A stretch of DNA of 64,000 bases from Vulcanimicrobiales bacterium (GTDB lineage Bacteria; Vulcanimicrobiota; Vulcanimicrobiia; Vulcanimicrobiales; Vulcanimicrobiaceae). The notes below the pieces were generated by a model. It saw only the letters and a program-made list of their open reading frames with translations, did no database searches and was not told the origin of the DNA. The translations under genes were made by a program, and so were the position numbers. This document shows, one piece after another, positions 60,117 through 64,000 of this stretch. Position 1 is the stretch's first letter; each line of letters opens with the position of its first letter. The stretch covers positions 155,501-219,500 of the forward strand of contig JBBQQR010000001.1 in the NCBI GenBank assembly GCA_038215615.1, in the 5' to 3' direction.

Positions 60117-60717
60117 CTTTCGTTCCAAGCAGCGAGAGCAACGCGTTCAAAACGCGCCCCAGCCCGCGAACACCGGCATCAAAATCCCAGCCGCTGCGGC
60201 TGCGATCGCCGGCAAGGTTGGATATACCCCGAACTTCGATGGCCGGCACGCCCGCGATTTCTGCGGCGCGCAGCACGGCAAAGCCCTCCATCGTTTCGAC
60301 GCCCACGCCTTGCGAAGCAAGGAGAGCAGCCGTTCCATCCAGTGCGGTTACTTGCGAGACAGTCACGCCGCGAACGCTACGGAATCCAAGTTCGACGAGG
60401 CGATCGACCAGCGCGAGATCGGAACTCGCGCGATCGACGACGTGTGCGTTGTCCGGTAACGCGATCGGCGCCCCGGTTTCGAGGCAGAGTGCGAACGTGT
60501 CGTCAGAGACGACCACGCCTTCGCCGATGTCGGCGCAATTTTTGAATGCGCCGGCCAGGCCGGCGTTGATGACAAGCTCGGGGCGGCTCTGGGCGAGCGC
60601 GCGGGAGACGCTGGCGGCGGCTTCCACCGGCCCCACGCCGGTGACGAGCATCTCGACGTGCGGCTGCGATTCAAAGAACGCCAGTTCTTTATTAACCGCG
60701 CATGTGATAAGGATCAT
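60109..60717 (-). CDS. mqnB: futalosine hydrolase
   Basis: GVGPVEAA, NAGLAG, ETMEG and EVRGISN...W. Adjacent to mqnD. Confidence 0.85.
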   Translation of the reverse strand: MILITCAVNKELAFFESQPHVEMLVTGVGPVEAAASVSRALAQSRPELVINAGLAGAFKNCADIGEGVVVSDDTFALCLETGAPIALPDNAHVVDRASSDLALVDRLVELGFRSVRGVTVSQVTALDGTAALLASQGVGVETMEGFAVLRAAEIAGVPAIEVRGISNLAGDRSRSGWDFDAGVRGLGRVLNALLSLLGTKDG

Positions 60718-61289
60718 TGAGCACCGATGAATTTGTGTGTCTGCAGCGAGAGACGGAAGCGTCCCGGGTGCGCTTTGGCGTACTCGAGTGCGATCGCGAC
60801 GTTTTTGGGTTTGTTACCTTCGGGCTGCAGCAGCAGCGTTTTCTTGTCGGCGAATACTTCCAGCCAGTTTTCGGGAACGCGCTCGTCGACGATCAGCTTC
60901 ACTTCATTCGCGCGCTTGGCCATGCGTTCGTCGACCCGTTCTTTCGGTGAGACGGTGAGCCAGACGTCTTCGGGCAGATCGCTTGCGATGGTACCGTTCG
61001 ATTCGACGTGCACGCGGCGGCCATCTACCCGCAATGCTTCGATCAAGTCGAGCGCCTCGCGCTGCGCGAACGGTTCGCCACCGGTCAGCACGACCATCGG
61101 ACAATCGTTTCCGAGGTCGCGAACTTTCGCGACGACGTCGTCAACGGTGGCGAAAAATTTTAGCGAGTAATCGGTGTCGCAAAAATCGCACGAAAGATTG
61201 CATCCGGCCAGGCGCACAAAAACTGCCGGTTTTCCAGTGTGCTCGCCCTCGCCCTGAATGCTGTAGAAGATCTCCGCGAGTTGCAACAT
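60714..61289 (-). CDS. queE: 7-carboxy-7-deazaguanine synthase (radical SAM)
   Basis: EIFYSIQGEG, CNLSCDFCDT, TGGEP, VSPK and SLQTHK. Confidence 0.93.
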   Translation of the reverse strand: MLQLAEIFYSIQGEGEHTGKPAVFVRLAGCNLSCDFCDTDYSLKFFATVDDVVAKVRDLGNDCPMVVLTGGEPFAQREALDLIEALRVDGRRVHVESNGTIASDLPEDVWLTVSPKERVDERMAKRANEVKLIVDERVPENWLEVFADKKTLLLQPEGNKPKNVAIALEYAKAHPGRFRLSLQTHKFIGAQ

Positions 61290-61655
61290 TTAGGAGAAGT
61301 CGCTCTTGCTTAGGATCGCGCGCGCGGTGTCGGTTTCCCACAGCACAAGCTCGTCGAGCGCGGGAAGTACGGCCTGCAAGCGCTTCCAGATCCACATGAC
61401 GACGTGCTCGCACGTCGGGTTTTCTATTGTGTCGTTGAGCGAGGTGTGATCGAGCGCGTCGATGACGTGCCGATCGACGATAGCTGTGAGCACGTCGAAG
61501 TCCTCAATCATGCCGCGCAACGCGCCCTCCGTTTGCAGCGGCCCGCGCACGCCGACTTCGAGCCGGTACGAATGGCCGTGCGGGCGCGCGCACTTACCCT
61601 GATGGAACGGCAGTGTATGCGCGGCCTCGAAGCGGAAGCTTTTACGAATTTGCAT
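61290..61655 (-). CDS. queD: 6-carboxytetrahydropterin synthase
   Basis: FEAAH, CARPHGHSY, LDH, NPTCE and LWET. Confidence 0.92.
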   Translation of the reverse strand: MQIRKSFRFEAAHTLPFHQGKCARPHGHSYRLEVGVRGPLQTEGALRGMIEDFDVLTAIVDRHVIDALDHTSLNDTIENPTCEHVVMWIWKRLQAVLPALDELVLWETDTARAILSKSDFS

Positions 61656-61693
61656 GATAGCGGAAAGCTGGACTTTGGCTATGAGCCCCTGGG

Positions 61694-61800
61694 TGTCATC
61701 CTGACCCATGAGCGTCACCCTTAGAGTTGTCATCCTGCGCGAAGCGTTTTTGCCCTTGGCGAAACGCGAAGTCGGAGGGCGCCCGAGCGCAGTCGTGGGC
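61694..61800. repeat. degenerate REP-like cluster of the TGTCATCCTG family
   Basis: TGTCATCCTG at 61694 and 61728, internal hairpins and GTCG(G/T)..GG ends, similar to the reverse complement of 54581-54627. Confidence 0.65.
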
Positions 61801-61826
61801 CGAGCGAGTGGCCGCCGATGTGGAGG

Positions 61827-61878
61827 CCGAAGACACTAGGGCTGCAGATCCGGCGGCACGCTCATTTCACGCCGTGCC
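61827..61878. repeat. direct repeat copy 1 (52 nt)
   Basis: 45/52 identical to 62949-63000, with a 27-nt identical core AGATCCGGCGGCACGCTCATTTCACGC. Confidence 0.92.
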
Positions 61879-61923
61879 CACCGAGAAATTCGCCGCAGGA
61901 ACTCGACCGGTGTAGCTAAACCT

Positions 61924-62961
61924 GTGGCAATGCGCATCCTTGTTGTTCTGTTCTTGGCCGTCGCCGTTTTTGCGCCTCGCCCAGCTAACGCGATCCCTAG
62001 CGAGCTGGGCTTTCGAGAGCGCAGCGAGCGAATAGCCCTGCATTCTTACCAAGAGGTCACTAGGATCACCAACAGCTATGCTCGCCGCTTTCCAACGGAC
62101 ATCGAGCACTCAACGCTCAATCTAGATACATGGTTGACGAAGCTATCTTCGTTGGTTGGCGCCATGCTTGCACGCGGCGGATACTACGAATACGATCTGC
62201 AAGCGACAAGCGCAGCATTTAACTCGCGCTGCGACTCGGATAACGCCCTGCTCTTCGGATCCGACGGCAAGTTCGGCCTTGCAAAGCTTTACTTCAGCCA
62301 GAAGGCGGCGCTCGCCGATCTCGAGCGTGTGCAATCGTCGCTTCGCTCGGGACACAGTGCTCTGGCGGCAAGGGAGCGTGACAGCCTCGAAAATCTGTCG
62401 CTTGCGCCCGGCATCAGAGATAAAATGAACCGCGTCGAGCGAGGCCTCGCTATAGTCGATAAGTCAGAGGCAAGCTTGCGCGAACAATTCACGCAAACCA
62501 CCGATCAAGTCGTCGCGGTCCGCCGAAAACTTCGCGACGGGGGATGTAAGGAAGGCGCGCCGAGACATTCCAGCGTCGTCGCCGCCGAAAATGGCAATTG
62601 GGCCGGAGACTATGAAGATTCCAATGGCGTTGTGGTCAAGATCACGGGAACGGGAGCAACAGTTGAGGGGGCCTACACCTTCAGGCCTACGGATCCGGCT
62701 AAGGGGGGCCAGCAGTCGATTAGTTCTTGCAGGGTGACCGGTCGCACTACGGCGGAGTGCGTTAGCGAGGGTGAATATCACGATCAGGACAAGAGCATTA
62801 AACACGATGGAACGGTCGCGTTGACATTTTCGGGCGACACCCTAACCTATGTTTACAAGATAGAACACGCCACGCCCACGTGGAAGCCGGGCGTGGAGCA
62901 CTACACGAGCAATGTGAGCGCCGGCAACACGATTACATTCGTCTTGCACCGGAAACACTAG
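61924..62961 (+). CDS. secreted hypothetical protein: helical N-terminal region plus C-terminal beta domain
   Basis: Signal MRILVVLFLAVAVFAPRPANA. C-terminal domain NWAGDY...SCRVTG...AEC...YHDQD...LTFSGD. Confidence 0.8.
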   Translation: MAMRILVVLFLAVAVFAPRPANAIPSELGFRERSERIALHSYQEVTRITNSYARRFPTDIEHSTLNLDTWLTKLSSLVGAMLARGGYYEYDLQATSAAFNSRCDSDNALLFGSDGKFGLAKLYFSQKAALADLERVQSSLRSGHSALAARERDSLENLSLAPGIRDKMNRVERGLAIVDKSEASLREQFTQTTDQVVAVRRKLRDGGCKEGAPRHSSVVAAENGNWAGDYEDSNGVVVKITGTGATVEGAYTFRPTDPAKGGQQSISSCRVTGRTTAECVSEGEYHDQDKSIKHDGTVALTFSGDTLTYVYKIEHATPTWKPGVEHYTSNVSAGNTITFVLHRKH

Positions 62962-63000
62962 GACTAGAGATCCGGCGGCACGCTCATTTCACGCGTTGCC
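62949..63000. repeat. direct repeat copy 2 (52 nt), overlapping the stop codon of 61924..62961
   Basis: Matches copy 1 at a spacing of 1122 bp. Confidence 0.92.
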
Positions 63001-63074
63001 ATATTCTGTCAGTAACGCTTCCAACCCGGTCAAAAGGTGTTGGCCGCATTGTTGATCGCTACAGGCGACCGATG

Positions 63075-63601
63075 TCAAGACGCTATTTCCATGCTCTCAT
63101 CACCGGATAAGGTTAGGGTCGAACGACCAGCCTCATCCGCGGAGAAGTGATAATTCGGGTCGTTGTAACGCCTCGTAGAATTACACGTTGCTACATTGCC
63201 GCTAACGGTGCACGAACCGTCCTCTGAAGTGGTGCCATTTTCGGATTGAGACGTATATTTGAGCGAAGCTGTACCACCAAAGAGATGGTAAATCAACCCT
63301 CCGACGTTCCAAACGCCGGCCATTTGCTGCAAAACGCCGAGAAGCTCTTTCTCGCGCTCTATCTCTGACTGATTGGCTGCGCCGGTAAGCAGGTTGATCT
63401 GAGCTTCTCGAGCCGAGACTTCTTTGCGCAGGTATGCAATCTGTCCCAGATTTTTCCGATTTGCATCGAACGCGTGGTTCCGCTCGGCAATGTGGCCGAA
63501 CAGGAACGTTGCTGCGCGACAGCATGTATCGGCGCGAGTGAAGTCACGGTGGCAGTGAGCCACACAGTAAGCATCGTGACGGTGACTTTTCTAACGGTCA
63601 C
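63075..63601 (-). pseudogene. frameshifted secreted-protein gene, paralog of 61924..62961
   Basis: The signal peptide lies in ORF 63359..63601 and the body (AGVW...SCTVSG...ATC...YNDPN...LTLSGD) in ORF 63075..63563, a different frame. Confidence 0.55.
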
Positions 63602-63624
63602 GCCGCGCGCTTTATCGATATGCG

Positions 63625-63900
63625 TTACGGCGTAATCACCGTCGGGTTCAACATCCGAAACATCTTTGGAGCGCCCGAATCATTGTCCCCACCGTTGTGG
63701 GGCTGGAAAATCATCTTGGTAATCGGGTTGTCGGTAGTGGGCTTCGGCAGATTCGGCACATAGAATCGCACCGACGCTCCTTGGCCCGGTTGGTAATCGC
63801 CGCTCATCTCTGTACCGGAAGCACTATAAGCTGTGCGATTGTCGTCCGCAGATTGCGTTCCGGAGGTCGTCCCGAAAATCGGGGACTTTAAAATAAAAGC
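63625..63900 (-). pseudogene. probable 3' remnant of a gene
   Basis: The frame of ORF 63625..63807 stays open for about 35 codons upstream with no canonical start, and the peptide looks protein-like. Confidence 0.35.
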
Positions 63901-63941
63901 GGCGTAACTCCAAGATTACTTACACCTTAAGGAGTTACGCC
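63901..63941 (+). promoter_or_regulatory. inverted repeat sequestering the RBS of the downstream ORF
   Basis: GGCGTAACTCC (63901-63911) pairs with GGAGTTACGCC (63931-63941). ATG at 63942. Confidence 0.7.
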
Positions 63942-64000
63942 ATGAAACAAGTTTACCCCGAACCGATCCCGTTTGCCAAGCGTTCATCGCGCGATTTTGC
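63942..64000 (+). CDS. 5' end of an unidentified gene (runs off the window)
   Basis: TAAGGAG, then ATG 7 nt later. Peptide MKQVYPEPIPFAKRSSRDF. Confidence 0.55.
   Translation, partial: MKQVYPEPIPFAKRSSRDF

Noticed and set aside
61656..61760. preQ1 riboswitch upstream of queD, and the longer queD start at 61733
   Set aside because: No preQ1 aptamer signature was recognised. The stretch is made of REP-like repeats, so the extension is probably spurious.
61837..61937. 33-aa minus-strand ORF ending REMSVPPDLQP across repeat copy 1
   Set aside because: Weak RBS, it overlaps the start of the plus-strand gene, and it has no recognisable homology, so it cannot be supported as a gene.
63588..63631. 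attC-like pattern on the minus strand (stop-overlapping TAAC ... GTTAGAA)
   Set aside because: About 42 nt, shorter than known attC sites, with poor R-box consensus and no L-box symmetry.

Overview
A gene-dense, high-GC bacterial chromosomal segment. The gene content suggests a soil lineage such as Ca. Eremiobacterota, which is inference only. Most of the window is housekeeping or metabolic: prfB (+1 programmed frameshift), family-4 UDG, rlmN, glyQS, ppdK, dnaG-rpoD, dtd, proline dehydrogenase, modB, mntP, a kamB-like/kce pair, an Opp/Dpp permease pair, tRNA-Leu(GAG), an RND pump, two M1 aminopeptidases, dacB, malic enzyme, trxB and a queD-queE-mqnB-mqnD-namZ-glcD-glcE operon. Two more AT-rich accessory patches stand out. 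(1) 53.0-54.6 kb holds a winged-helix + nucleotidyltransferase two-gene module resembling a type IV toxin-antitoxin or Abi system, with an apparently leaderless sigma70 promoter covered by two palindromic operators, next to a Cys-rich secreted protein and REP-like repeats. (2) 61.7-64.0 kb holds a secreted-protein gene bracketed by a 52-nt hairpin-containing direct repeat, a frameshifted paralog, a gene remnant and an RBS-occluding hairpin at the window edge. Other oddities are two membrane GAF sensors with no output domain, a catalytically degenerate DDAH homolog, an ABC ATPase with no canonical start codon and a harpin-like GDPH protein. No CRISPR array, rRNA, integrase or recognisable transposase was found. 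All family calls come from motifs recognised by eye, not from database searches.
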